From NCBI RefSeq assembly GCF_006345805.1, contig NW_021824662.1, forward strand, positions 1 to 35,754: 35,754 nucleotides of DNA, written 5' to 3'. Below the pieces are notes generated by a model. It saw only the letters and a list, made by a program, of their open reading frames with translations. It had not been told where the DNA came from and did no database searches. Made by a program: the position numbers and the translations under genes. Position 1 is the first letter of the stretch. Every line of letters starts with the position of its first letter. The stretch is from Octopus sinensis (lineage: Eukaryota). This document shows positions 10,696 through 22,170 of this stretch, in pieces.

Positions 10696-11836
10696 ATATA
10701 TATATATATAGCCATATTCTTCTTTTATCCTCTTAATAAAGTTTGTTACCTCAACGCACTAGTTCGGATTAATTTTATACCTGGAGTAAATTATAAAATA
10801 CTAGATGTTAACAGTCTCCTCTCTTAATAAAAGTACAATTTAAAAGTAACGTTTTAGATTTAATATAAGAGTGTTGATGGAAGGACACGTCAAGTTTAGT
10901 CGGATATCCATTTTCCACGCTTGGAACATTGTGATTATTTAAACTTTTTTCTGATGCAGCACCTTAGTTCATTTTAAAAATCTTTTTTTCAGTTTCAAAA
11001 GTTGACCGTTTTTCTCTGTAGTTGATAGATATAGTATGGTTCTTTTTGCTCTTTTGTTTTCATAATGTATCGGGTTGAGATTTACAGCTCTTGAAAACCT
11101 GTAACCAACTTCAACTTTTGTCTTAACTTTTAAATATTTGTAGTTTGTTTTAACTTTTAAATATTTCAATTACTGTTAAAAAAAATTATTACAGATAAAA
11201 TACCACACATTCTCATTATAGTGACTGCACTGTTGGAGTTTAATATTATTTCAGTTTTACTTTTAATACTAATTTTTTATCAGCGTTATATTCGTGAACT
11301 TTATAACCGAAATTTCACAGAAAACCATAACATTTCACAACATGACAGACCTGCTTGTGCGTTTGAATCTTAGTATGGCTACCATACAAACACACACCTG
11401 TATATAATTCAAACTACTACTATAAATAGATACGGAAGGCATTTTCTACATATGGAAAGAAAAACTGCAAAGAATTGAGGGTTATTGTAAATAGCAGAAA
11501 TCCTTCACGGAGACTTTCTTCCAGATTGTGTCGATATGATTTAACAATATTTAGTGATGCCTTTGAACAAATTTCATGTTTAACCGACTGTAACTCTTAA
11601 TTCAAACACGCTATACTTGTTCTACAGAGCAGAAAGTAAGTTATCAATAAGTTAAGAAATATTCGACTTTGAAACTTGTGAGTTAGCGTTTACGATTTAA
11701 GATTCAAGACAGTGACATCTCATTCTTCATGAATTCACCCGTTTTCTCTTTGAATTTGATATTGAAAATCCAGTAAGTCAGGCCTTTGTATTCGTTTTTA
11801 ATCAATGTCTGACAAAACTGACCACAAAACTGTTCA

Positions 11837-12266
11837 AGTCTTTATCAGAGATCGAAAAGAAATTCTGTCATATGAAAACGCTGTAAAATAGAACTCGACA
11901 AAATATGACACTTTTCCTTAAAAATTGTTATATATATATATATATATATACATATATATGTGTGTGTGAGTGTATATATGTGTGTGTGTGTGTGTGTGTA
12001 TAGTTTCAATTTCAACATCTTGGTGGAATTTACTTCGGGTGTTTTCTCTCGGTGTGCTCATTTGTCCGTTGTGAAAATAATTTCAGATACTTGATTTGGA
12101 GGTGGTGAGGAGGAAACAAAATTTGAATCAGCTTTACGCACACCAATGATCATGAGACAGTATCGTCAACCTTAATAACAATTTTTAAGGAAAAGTGTCA
12201 TATTTTGTCGAGTTCGATTTTACAGCGTTTTCATATGACAGAATTTCTTTTCGATCTTCTGATGAA

Positions 12267-12305
<39 letters not shown>

Positions 12306-12549
12306 TCAATTTGAAGCCATGGTATAACCGCTAATAAAAATAACGAGAAAAGTTTTTATTTTTCAATTCCTTCGAAAATTGCTATTAAATCGTGATTTTT
12401 GGCCGTGTTGGCTGCTATTTCTAGCATGATCTTGAGACAGTATCGTCAACCTTAATAACAATTTTTAAGGAAAAGTGTCATATTTTGTCGAGTTCAGTTT
12501 TACAGCGTTTTCATATGACAGAATTTCTTTTCAATCTTCTGATGAAAAC

Positions 12550-12583
<34 letters not shown>

Positions 12584-13275
12584 ATAATATATATATATAA
12601 ATATCAATTTGAAACCATGGTATAACCGCTAGTAAAAATAACAAGAGAAAAGTTTTTATTTTTCAATTCCTTCGAAAATTGCTATTAAATCGTGGTTTTT
12701 GGCCGTGTTGGCTGCTATTTCTAGCATGTACAAATTACCTGTTAAAGGGTAGTTTACTTTTGTGCTTAAAATTACTATGAATATGTTATCTATTGACTAT
12801 TTATACATGCTAGGCCACTGGTGGTGATATTTATAACGAATATTCGCTACCCTATATATGTATCTTATGAATATGTTCGTTGCATTCTCTAAGATTCAGC
12901 TCGGCATCATACTTATTGCCGACTGTAAATACGCCTGCGCGTGGAATTTTGGAAAATTATAACATATAATGAAGGGACACGTGTTATCTTGTCTCTGAAT
13001 TATAAGTTAGTTATTGAGGCCGGTTACTGGAGAGAATTCGCCTGGCGGATAATATTGTTTTGCTAAATTACCTATTAAAGGATAGCAAATAATCTTATTT
13101 GCTAAAGAAATTCGAAACCATGGTATGACCGCTAATAAAAATAACAAAGTAAAAGTTTTTATTTTTCAATTCCTTCGAAAAATACTATTAAATCGTGGTT
13201 TTTGGCCGTGTTGGCTGCTATTTCTTGCATGGAAAAATTACCTGTTAAAGTGTAGTTTTCTTTTGTGTTTAAATG
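11837..13275. repeat. Local inverted and tandem duplication complex
   Basis: 11837-11931 is the reverse complement of 12175-12270 and 12455-12550. 12146-12425 is tandemly duplicated at 12426-12728. A third copy of the right part lies at about 13104-13275. Confidence 0.9.
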
Positions 13276-13288
13276 TACACTATTTTAA

Positions 13289-13349
<61 letters not shown>

Positions 13350-13523
13350 TGTATACTAGACTACGTATTACCCGTTGGGTCACCAGGAACTCTGAGTTTC
13401 CCAGCAACGGAGTTTTGTTTCGTGTTTGTTTTTATTTTTAACTTTTCCAGGTTATTTCGCATGTTTTCAACGAATGTGACATCGAAATCACGCGCAAACG
13501 GCTCCTTTCCCTAGAAAAGGAAT

Positions 13524-13636
13524 GATTTGGCTGCTATGTTTTGTACGTCCTGCTACCACGTAACCGGTATTTCGGGTCCTTTATCGCAAATAGCTATTAT
13601 GCAGTAGCGGGGCATGCTAGAAATAGCAGCCAAATC
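13524..13636. mobile_element. 113-bp MITE-like element with 14-bp perfect terminal inverted repeats
   Basis: GATTTGGCTGCTAT (13524-13537) and ATAGCAGCCAAATC (13623-13636). Confidence 0.55.
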
Positions 13637-14089
13637 TTTGGAGGTGAGATACATTGAATGCACTCGAAATATTCCTATGGAAAAAAACTAATTCACACTG
13701 AGGTTTCGAGGTTACGAACAGGTCTTTTACGGAATATTTACCGTATTTCTAAAGTCATTTTCATTTTAGAATATTTTTTTGAATATGCCAAAACAAATTT
13801 CTGTAATGGTATTCAGAAAACAATTTTTTCAAAAAAACATAAAAATATTGTCTGTTAAAAGAAAGCTAAAATATGAATACTTATTGTATAAACAACTTAC
13901 ATTTCTGAAATCATATTCACTTGAAAATATTTCTAAATTATTAAAATATTGTTTAACAAAAGCGAAAATAGAAACATTTACTGTAAACTTTTTTTTGTCA
14001 ACTCACTGTGTCTAATAGAAAGATAAGAGTCTCTTCCTTTCCAGGATATATATATATTTATAAAAGATATATTTCTTTTAACTTTTATT

Positions 14090-14436
14090 TGTTTTAATAA
14101 TGTGACTCCGGCCATATTGGGACACCAGGTTGAAAAATTTATAGTCGATTGAATGGACCCCAGTACTTATTCTATTGGATCTCTTTTGCCGAAGCGTTTA
14201 GTCACGGAGACGTAAACATACCAACACCGTTTGCAAAGTGGTAGTGGGAAACAAACACAGACACACATACACACTCATACGTACACACGTTTCGTTCTAC
14301 TAAATACAACTCATAGAGCTGTAGTCGGCCCGAGGCTATAATAAAAGATATTTGCCCAAAGTACCACGCAGTAGGAAAGAACCCGGAACCATGTGGTTAG
14401 GAAACAAACTTCTTACAACACAGCCACGCCTACGCC
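14090..14436 (-). mobile_element. Family B SINE, diverged
   Basis: Homologous to 8993-9394 (CCCAGTACTTATTCTATTGG...GCCCGAGGCTATA...ACCATGTGGTTAGG...CACAGCCACGCCTACGCC). Confidence 0.88.
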
Positions 14437-14914
14437 TATATACATATATATATATCCCGAATAGAACCCTGATTAATGAAACAGAACAATGAACTTCTTC
14501 ACTTTAGAGATAACGTAATCCACCATGCAGAATTCATTCAGATTGATGACTTCTTCATTTGCAGTTTTAAATAGGTATGATTTATGTTGTCTCATATATT
14601 CATTCACATGAATATTTTACATACTCGGCTAGTAAAGAGTCAAATTCGATTAGTAATTCTACCACTCCAATGTATATTCCATTATGGAGAGAGCTTAAAA
14701 GTTTCATTAATACTTAAAAACAAAAGGCTTTCTTCTGCGAATATCTTCATAATAACTTTCAATTATTTTGCTATCATTGTATATGCAAAGTATTTATACC
14801 ATCTCAGAATCCGAACTTTAAAACAATTTGATTTACTGACATTAGTTCGATTAACCCAAATCAAGACATCTGCTAGGAACCCTGTCAAATGAGTTTTTGT
14901 GGCATTATTAAAAA

Positions 14915-15574
14915 GCGGTGAGCTGGCAGAATCGTTAGCACGCCGGGCGAAACGCTTAGCGGTATTTCGTACTCTCTTAATGTTCTGAGCTCAAATTTCG
15001 CCAAGGTTGACTGTGCCTTTCATCCTTTGGAATCGATAAATTAAATGCCAGTTGCTTACTGAGATCGATCTAATCAAACGCCACCCCCTCACACCAAATT
15101 TCAGTGCTTGTGCCTATAGTAGAAAGGATTATTAAAAAGCAGCGAGCTGGCAGAATCGATAGCATCGGATGCGAAATGCTTAGAGGTATTTTGTCTGTCT
15201 TCACGTTCTGAGTTCAAATTCCGCCGAAGTCAACTTTGCTTTCATCATTTGGGAGTCGATAAAGCAAGTACCTGTTGACTACTGGGATCGATGTAATCGA
15301 CTATCATCCTCTCCCAAATACAGACCTTGTGCCTATACTAGAAAAGATTATTAAAAAGTGGCGAGCTGTCAGAATCGTTAGCAGACCGGGCGAAATGCTC
15401 AGAGGTATCTCGCTGGTCTTCGCGTTCTGAGTTCAAATTCCGCCGCGGTCGACTTTGCCTTCCATCATTCTCAGATCGATAAAATGAGTACCAGTTGAAC
15501 ACTGGTATCTGTGTTGTCAACTTAACTCCTCTTCTGAGCTTGCTGTGCTTGTGCCAAAAATTGAAGCTATTATT
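14915..15574 (+). mobile_element. Three head-to-tail family A SINEs
   Basis: Heads G(C/T)(G/A)G(T/C)GAGCTG at 14915, 15139 and 15358, each with a GTTCTGAG(T/C)TCAAAT body and a TGTGCC-containing tail. Confidence 0.92.
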
Positions 15575-15579
15575 CGTTT

Positions 15580-15671
15580 CTACTCTAGGCACAAGGCCCG
15601 AAATTTTAGGGGAGTGGGGGCCTGTCGATTAGATCAACCCCAGTACGTAACTGGTACTTAATTTATCGACC
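15580..15671 (-). mobile_element. Family A SINE 3' fragment
   Basis: CTAGGCACAAGGCCCGAAATT...CCCCAGTACGTAACTGGTACTTAATTTATCGACC. Confidence 0.8.
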
Positions 15672-15836
15672 TCACCATATGCTCACGGGCAGTGATTAAG
15701 AGCGCTGGTTACGAAGTGACCTTAATAATAATGATAATAATAATGAACTGCTCTCTCACTCAATAATAATAATAATAACAACAACAACATCAAAAAATAC
15801 CTTAGGAATGAGAACCCAGGTTCGAAATTTCCCCAA

Positions 15837-15882
15837 GACACCTGATGAAGGCTGGATGGCACATCAACCGAAACGTTTTGTT
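15837..15882 (+). ncRNA. Degenerate minimal hammerhead motif (Penelope-terminal type)
   Basis: GACAC-CTGATGA-A-GGCTG-GATGGCACAT-CAACC-GAAA-CG-TT-TTGTT. Canonical core and AACGTT palindrome, with single mismatches in stems I and II. Confidence 0.55.
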
Positions 15883-16198
15883 AACAACAAACACGATGCG
15901 GACAAATATCCGTCAAATCTAAATAATGTAAATAATGTACATTATTCCTCATCTCTTAAATATAGAACTGCAGTTCCGAATTTTGTTTTTAAGATTCATC
16001 AACACTCAAAGCTTAAGTTAAAACTATACGTTAAACTAATCCTATAATATTATTGAATAAACTAACATAGACCAGTGAAATATCCTTTTCTCATACACAA
16101 CTTTAATGTGCTTGGTCTCGAGTTGGTTAACTGCTCCTACTGTAACTATCTATGACAAAATATATAGGAATCATAACGGGTATATATATATATATATA

Positions 16199-16408
16199 CT
16201 CTTTTACTCCTTTACTTGTTTCAGTCATTTGACTGCGGCCATGCTGGAGCACCGCCTTTTAGTCGAGCAAATCAACCCCAGAACTAATTCTTTGTAAGCC
16301 AAGTACTTATTCTATCAGTCACTTTTGCCGAACCGCTAAGTTACGGGGACGTAAACACACCACCATCGGTTGTCAAGCGATGTTGGGGGCATAATCACAG
16401 ACATACAA

Positions 16409-16502
<94 letters not shown>

Positions 16503-16672
16503 TATATATATATACATATATATTCTTTCAGCCTCCGTCTACCAAATCCACTCACAAGGCTTTGGTCGGCCTGAGGCTATAGTTGAAGACACTTGCCTAA
16601 GGTGCCACGCAGTGGGAATGAACTCGGAACCATGTGGTTGGTAAGCAAGCTACTTACCACATAGCCACTCCT
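16199..16672 (-). mobile_element. Family B SINE with an expanded internal microsatellite
   Basis: Homologous to 8993-9394. Internal (CA)n(TA)n at about 16395-16525. Confidence 0.92.
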
Positions 16673-18049
16673 ATATATATATATATATATAATTCATCAT
16701 CTATCAGTATGAAGTATCTACATAATATAAAAGCTAAGAAAAATATTTTTCACATTAGAACACTTCAAAGTAAACAATACTTGTGACGACATTTTTTGTC
16801 GTTGTCACTATACCTGCATCAACCTAAATAGTTCTTCACTGGGCTACATACAACTGTCCATGCGCAAATAGAAAATTCGAGAACAAACCTATTTTATTCA
16901 AATATTGACACTGAGATTTATTGCGATTGCAAAATCCGCTGGGAATGGAAACGGTAAACTTGTGAAGGTGAATAGCAGAGTGGAACCAGGTCTCAGTTTA
17001 ATTCATTCTACAGTGACATGTTATTTGTAATGTTTCAATTGAGGTGTTCATATAAATGAGTTATTGGAATTCTCTTTCGATTGCAAAGCCCGTTAACCTT
17101 ATTTAAATTTTGCAATCGAATTACAACATATCCTCTTTTTCATTTGAATTCATTCATGTTTCTATCCCAGAATGACCATTGCTTCAGTTTTTGCTATTTT
17201 TCTTTTCTTTTCTTCACCTCTTTCTTTTTTTCTTTCATCGATAGTAACTTCATTTGTCACTTGAGTGTTTTTTTTTTCATTGCAATGGTGTTTCTTTATC
17301 CACAATCTTTCTGCGTAGATAAAACAAAAGTTGTGTGAACACACTAAAGTGTATAATACTTGTTTTATAATTATATAACTCCATAGTAGTGTGTTGTTGT
17401 TGGTTAAATCTTAAACTCTCTACCCTGTCTGCTGTGATAGGTATATATATATATATGTATACTAATAAAAATAAGTTTTCTGGGCGAAACAATTAACATT
17501 TATCAAGATGAAATTATCTTCAGAGAAAACAGAAATGATGCGCATTACGGATGAATGGTTTTTCTCTTCTGAAAGAATATTTTTTTACCAATATTAATTT
17601 ACGAAAACTGAAGAAACAAAAACAAAAAGAAAGTTTTCCAAATATAATATTTTATAATATATAATACTTGCACCATAGCAAAAAACTCTTTCTATACGTA
17701 TTATATGGTAAATAAACTAATTCAAGAGTATCATTCAAACAAACGATGTAAACTTCATAAACTTAAACACAAGCGCAATCATTAAAAAATAATGTGTACG
17801 AGGTGAAATTAGTTGAGAATATTGTTGAAGGTCAAAGCTTGAAACAAGTACACACACACACACACAATGTAGTCTTAAACATTTATTTCTATGGGCAACC
17901 ATTGAAATAAGAATCTTTCTTTATGAACATAAACTTGTTATTTGTACTTCAGTTTTGTTTAACAATATCAATGTTAAAGTAGAAACCGTAAATAATATCC
18001 CACTTTAGTTTAATGGCTATGTCTAACTTTACCGTGACTATAACATAAT

Positions 18050-18245
18050 TCTTTCTAATTGTGGCGCAAGGCCAGTCGTTTTAAGGAGATGGGTTAGTTG
18101 ATTCCATCGACCCCAGTCCTTGGATATTACTAAGTTATCGACCCCGAAAAGAACGAATGGCAAAGATGACCCCGGTGGTAGTTAAACTCAATATTTAAAG
18201 AGCCAGAAGAAACGCCGCTAAGTATTTTGTCTGACGTACTAACAC
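18050..18245 (-). mobile_element. Family A SINE, diverged
   Basis: GGCGCAAGGCCAG...ATCGACCCCAGT...TATCGACCCCGAAAAG...CGCCGCTAAGTATTT. Confidence 0.75.
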
Positions 18246-18370
18246 TTCTACCTGTAATGCGATAGCTGTGACTATAATATAAAAATTAATATAATGTAAT
18301 GCTATGTAACGTAATATAATGTAATATAATATAATATATAAGGCGGTGAGCTGGCAGAATCGTTACCACG

Positions 18371-18543
18371 ATACAGCTTGGCACCTGTGATGTCGCAACT
18401 CATTTCTACAGCCGAGTGAACTGGAGCAACGTGAAATAAAGTGTCTTGCTCAAGAACACAACACGCAACCCGGTCCAGGATTCGAACTCACAACCTCATG
18501 ATCGTAAGCTCAACGCTCTAACCACTGAGCCATGCGCCTTCAC
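18371..18543 (-). mobile_element. Family C CORE-type SINE 5' part with an intact tRNA-like head
   Basis: Reverse complement: TGGCTCAGTGG (A box), CTTACGAT (ACG, tRNA-Arg-like loop), GTTCGAATCC (B box) and CTTGAGCAAGACACTTTATTTCACGTTGCTCCAGTTCACTC (CORE-like). It abuts a truncated family A head at 18341-18370 (+). Confidence 0.88.
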
Positions 18544-18629
18544 AAGGATAAGCATATTATGTATAAGGATAAGCATATTAAAAGGTGTCCGTGTGGAAAA
18601 CTCATTGAAATAAAAGAGTTGAGAAGCAC

Positions 18630-18800
18630 TAGGTTAGTCGATTACATCGACCATAATCTGAACTGGTACCTATTTTATCGATTCCGAAAGACTGAGAGTT
18701 AAAGTCGACATCGGTGGAATTTGAACAGCGAACGTATGGATGGATGAAACGCCGCTAAGCCTTTTCCCTGCGTGCTATCGATTCTTCCAGCTCACTCCCT
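18630..18800 (-). mobile_element. Family A SINE, diverged
   Basis: TCGATTACATCGACC...CTGGTACCTATTTTATCGA...AAAGTCGACATCGGTGGAATTTGAAC...CCAGCTCAC. Confidence 0.8.
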
Positions 18801-19933
18801 ATAATACGATACTTGTGACTATAATGTAATATGATACAGTATGATATATTATATTATATTATATTATATTATATTATATTATAATGTAGCAATAAACTGA
18901 TTAGTCTAACCGATCGTACTTATTCAAAAAGTAATAATAAAGCTCAATTATTGTGCGCTGAATTTAATGTATCGAAACAGAAAAATAGAATAGCGAGTCT
19001 ATTAGTGAGCAGCCAACAAAAATTAAGTATATCGGCTCATTTATTGTTGCCATTTCATTTGATTATGGTAATTCGTTTAATAATTTAACAATGATCTCTG
19101 ATCAACCTTAAACGCGCTGTGGTTTATAAAAGTTGTGCAAGTAATAGAGCATGTACAGAATCACTGAACTGGAATTTGAAAGTTTGCACATATATAGCTG
19201 GGGTTCCTTGAAAATGCAGGACCCTTAGCAAATGTTATTCTTGCAGTTTGATTAATCAGGCTTTGCTAACACTCGCTTTCCGATGTGATTAGGCACTTGT
19301 GAAACAACCTTACACGTTCTAACAGTTCTTTTGGCTTCATTTTTATTAATTTGTTTACAATATTCCACAACTAAGCTCCAATAAAAGGAAAAATCGAGAT
19401 GTTTCCTAGATATATTTCAGACTGTTTTCCTCCTATGTTGATCATCTACCGATTAACTGATCACTGAAAACATCAACCAATTTGCCAGTACATATACTGT
19501 TACTAATTTCTCTCTTTCTCTGATGTTTATTATAACTGAAGCGAAAAAAATGTCAGATGAGAGATTGAAAAAAGTTATGCCTAAGGCTGAGAGTGTTTGG
19601 AACTTTTGGTTTAAATAAGTTAGGTATAAAGAAGTAATCATAAATGTTTATAGCTCAAAGAAAGGTTGCTTGATAATCTTCTGACGAAATAATCTTCCGC
19701 GTTTAGCTACGTTATTTTACGTTCTTGTGATGAAATCTCACCGCCGATTCTAACTTTACATTTACACATTCCGATAGCGGTAGAAAATCTACTCATCAAG
19801 TAGTAAGTCAATTTAATTCACTTTAGATCTTCAACAATATTAGTGACCTTTTTTTATTTTTCTATATAATTATAGCTCAAGGCAGTTATGAGCGTATTTT
19901 GTTGTCTTGCAATAAAGGAATTTAACACAACCC

Positions 19934-20135
19934 AGCGAGCTGGCAGATTCATTAGTTGGACAAAACGTTTAGTACAATGTTTTCAGGGGTGATATTCAGA
20001 GTTCAAACTCCGCTGAAGACGACTTAGCCTTTCGTTGTTTCTGGTGAGGACGATAAAATAAGTACTAATTGAGCACAAAGGTCGGTATTATCGAACACCC
20101 CACAAAATGTCGGTTTTGAGAATTCAACTGCTGCA
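19934..20135 (+). mobile_element. Family A SINE, old
   Basis: GCGAGCTGGCAGATTCATTAG...GAGTTCAAACTCCGCTGAAGACGACTTAGCCTTTC...GATAAAATAAGTACT. Confidence 0.7.
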
Positions 20136-20199
20136 GAAACAAGAGCGTGATAACTCACAAAAGACATAATAATCCAATTGTTCATTGCTCTCTCTCTCT

Positions 20200-20254
<55 letters not shown>

Positions 20255-20261
20255 ATAAACC

Positions 20262-20510
20262 TCTGAGCGAGGTATAAACAGTAGCTGCACAACATCGTAA
20301 AATATATTTGCCACTTAAATGTGGCTAACCCTTAAGGGTGGATGGTACTATAGCTTGTAACCCCAGGAGGACATCTCCAGCTGGCTATTGACACACTTTC
20401 TGTGCCATATCAGTATCTTCAATCTGACATGATACACACAGACTGGGGCTACAAGCTACAGTAGCATCCACACTTAAGGGTTAGCCACATTGAAGTGGCA
20501 AATATACCTT

Positions 20511-20513
<3 letters not shown>
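20262..20513. mobile_element. Diverged relative of the 4.3-5.4 kb unit in an inverted (tails-out) arrangement
   Basis: 20262-20444 is a minus-strand homologue starting at AGTCTGTGTGTATCAT, the ribozyme cleavage region. 20444-20513 is a plus-strand homologue (GGGGCTAC...GCCACATTGAAGTGGCAAATATACCTTCAC). Arms 20303-20365 and 20444-20506 form a 63-bp inverted repeat with 5 mismatches. Confidence 0.88.
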
Positions 20514-20565
<52 letters not shown>

Positions 20566-20652
20566 TTCAAATTTACAAAAACAAAAGACGAAGTCAGGTC
20601 TAGGATCAATAAGTAGGTGTATCAGTTAAATGTTCAGGAAGAATGGAAAAGT

Positions 20653-20688
20653 CTTTTACGTTTCGAGCGTACGCTCTTCGACAGAAAG
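20653..20688 (-). ncRNA. Minimal hammerhead-like motif, A6U variant (second copy)
   Basis: Reverse complement CTTT-CTGTCGA-A-GAGC-GTAC-GCTC-GAAA-CG-TA-AAAG, with a perfect 4-bp stem I. It lies within repeat 20560-20765, which is homologous to 2422-2545. Confidence 0.5.
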
Positions 20689-20761
20689 GATTAAGAGGAG
20701 AGAAAATGAAATAGAACGGAGAGAGAAAAAAGGTGTCTTGTGCATAACGGTTCAACATGGT

Positions 20762-20792
<31 letters not shown>

Positions 20793-20858
20793 CGGAGAGA
20801 GAGAGAGAGAGGGGGAGAGAGAGAGAGAGAGGGAGAGAGAGAGAGAGAGAGAGTCATT

Positions 20859-21150
20859 TGGCTAAGTGGTTAGAGTGTCGGTTTCACAGTTATGAGGCAG
20901 TGAGTTCGATTCCCTGACCGGGCTGTGTCTTGTGCTCTTGCGCAAGGTACTATTTTTCATATTGCTCCAGTTCACTCAGCTGTACAAATCCTTCGCAATG
21001 TCACTTTGCCTTCCCATTGGAAACATTGGCGTCGAGAACGGAGGCCGGCATGTATGGGCGACTGCTGGTTTTCTATAAACAACATTGCTCGGACTTGTGC
21101 CTCGGGTGCCTCGGCGGGTAACTTTCTTGGTGCGATGCGGTTTTTACCAT
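20859..21150 (+). mobile_element. Family C CORE-type SINE
   Basis: TGGCTAAGTGG (A box), GTTCGATTCC (B box) and TTGCGCAAGGTACT...ATTGCTCCAGTTCACTCAGCTG. Homologous to 18371-18543. Confidence 0.85.
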
Positions 21151-21224
21151 ATATATATATATTAATATATATATATATATATATAATATATATATAATAT
21201 ATATATTATATATATATATACAAA

Positions 21225-21612
21225 TTGTTTCCCTCATTAGACTGCAGCATGCTGTGCATTGTTTTGAAGAGTTTTTAGTCGAATGAATCGACCCCAGTAT
21301 GTAGTTCTTTTAAAGCTTGGTACTTATTCTATCGGTTTCTTTGGGCCGAAGCGCTAAGTTACGTGGACATAATCACACCAGCAGTTGTTGTTAGGTTGTG
21401 GTGGCGGACAATCACAGACATAAAGACACACACACACACAGATAAATATATATACGACGGACTTCTTTCAGTTTATGTCTATCACTCACACAGTTTTGTT
21501 CGGCCCGAGGCTATAGTAGATGACATTTGTGTCAAGGTGCTACGCAGTGGGACTGAACTCTGAACCAAGTGGTTAGCAAGCAAGCTTCATAATACATAGC
21601 CACTCCTGCGCC
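21225..21612 (-). mobile_element. Family B SINE
   Basis: Homologous to 8993-9394. It ends ATAGCCACTCCTGCGCC. Confidence 0.88.
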
Positions 21613-21632
21613 TATATATATATATATATATA

Positions 21633-21998
21633 TACTAGCAGTATCGCCCGGCGTTGCTCAGGTTTGTAAGGGAAATAACTATAAAGCATTTTTAGAGAGT
21701 TATAGCCAAAAAATAGCAAAAAAAATGAAAAATGATGGTAAATTTTTTTTTTAGTTAAAAGGTGGAGTTGCGTCCCCTAGACAGTTTGCGGTTTGCGTTT
21801 TCTAATTCTCGACCCCATGTCCGAATTTATCGATTTTTTTCAGAACTGGGGGAACTTTTGAAATTTTCGCTGCGTTAGTGTTGAATTATGACATTGGGCT
21901 ATGTATGTGTCAAGTTTCATCAGAATCGGTTGAAAGCCGTGGTCAGGGTGAGGGTACAAGCAAACAGACACACAGAAACGCACAGACAAACTGCCGTT

Positions 21999-22005
<7 letters not shown>
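21633..22005 (+). mobile_element. Non-autonomous Helitron/HINE-like element
   Basis: 5' TACTAGCAGTATCGCCCGGCGTTGCTCAGG and 3' CAAGTTTCATCAGAATCGGTTGAAAGCCGT...ACAAACAGACAC...TTTATATATA. This layout is typical of Lep1/DINE-1-like elements and is embedded in (TA)n. Confidence 0.65.
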
Positions 22006-22029
<24 letters not shown>

Positions 22030-22038
22030 TATATATAT

Positions 22039-22079
<41 letters not shown>

Positions 22080-22170
22080 TATGTATATACATATATATAC
22101 ATATATATATATATGTATATATATATATGTATATAATATATATGTATGTATGTATGTATGTAGTATATAT

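Noticed and set aside
11613-11642. TTCTACAG-AGCAGAAA-GTAAGT as a possible 8-nt microexon
   Set aside because: Such matches arise by chance in AT-rich DNA, and there are no supporting exons.
10750-11837. Possibly decayed minus-strand coding sequence (e.g. VEVGYRFSRAVNLNPIHYENK, LIKNEYKGLTYWIFNIKF)
   Set aside because: Many stops and frameshifts and no motif I recognise. A tBLASTx search would be needed.
12259-12325. CTGATGA...(TA)n...GAAGCCATGGTA as a hammerhead (also at 12539-12622)
   Set aside because: No stem I pairing, and the two halves belong to different duplicated modules.
18460-18543. True tRNA-Arg gene
   Set aside because: The A and B boxes are intact, but the acceptor and anticodon stems do not pair and a CORE-like SINE body follows.
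19549-19617. MSDERLKKVMPKAESVWNFWFK, reminiscent of a BED-finger start
   Set aside because: Only 22 codons, with no following Cys/His motif.
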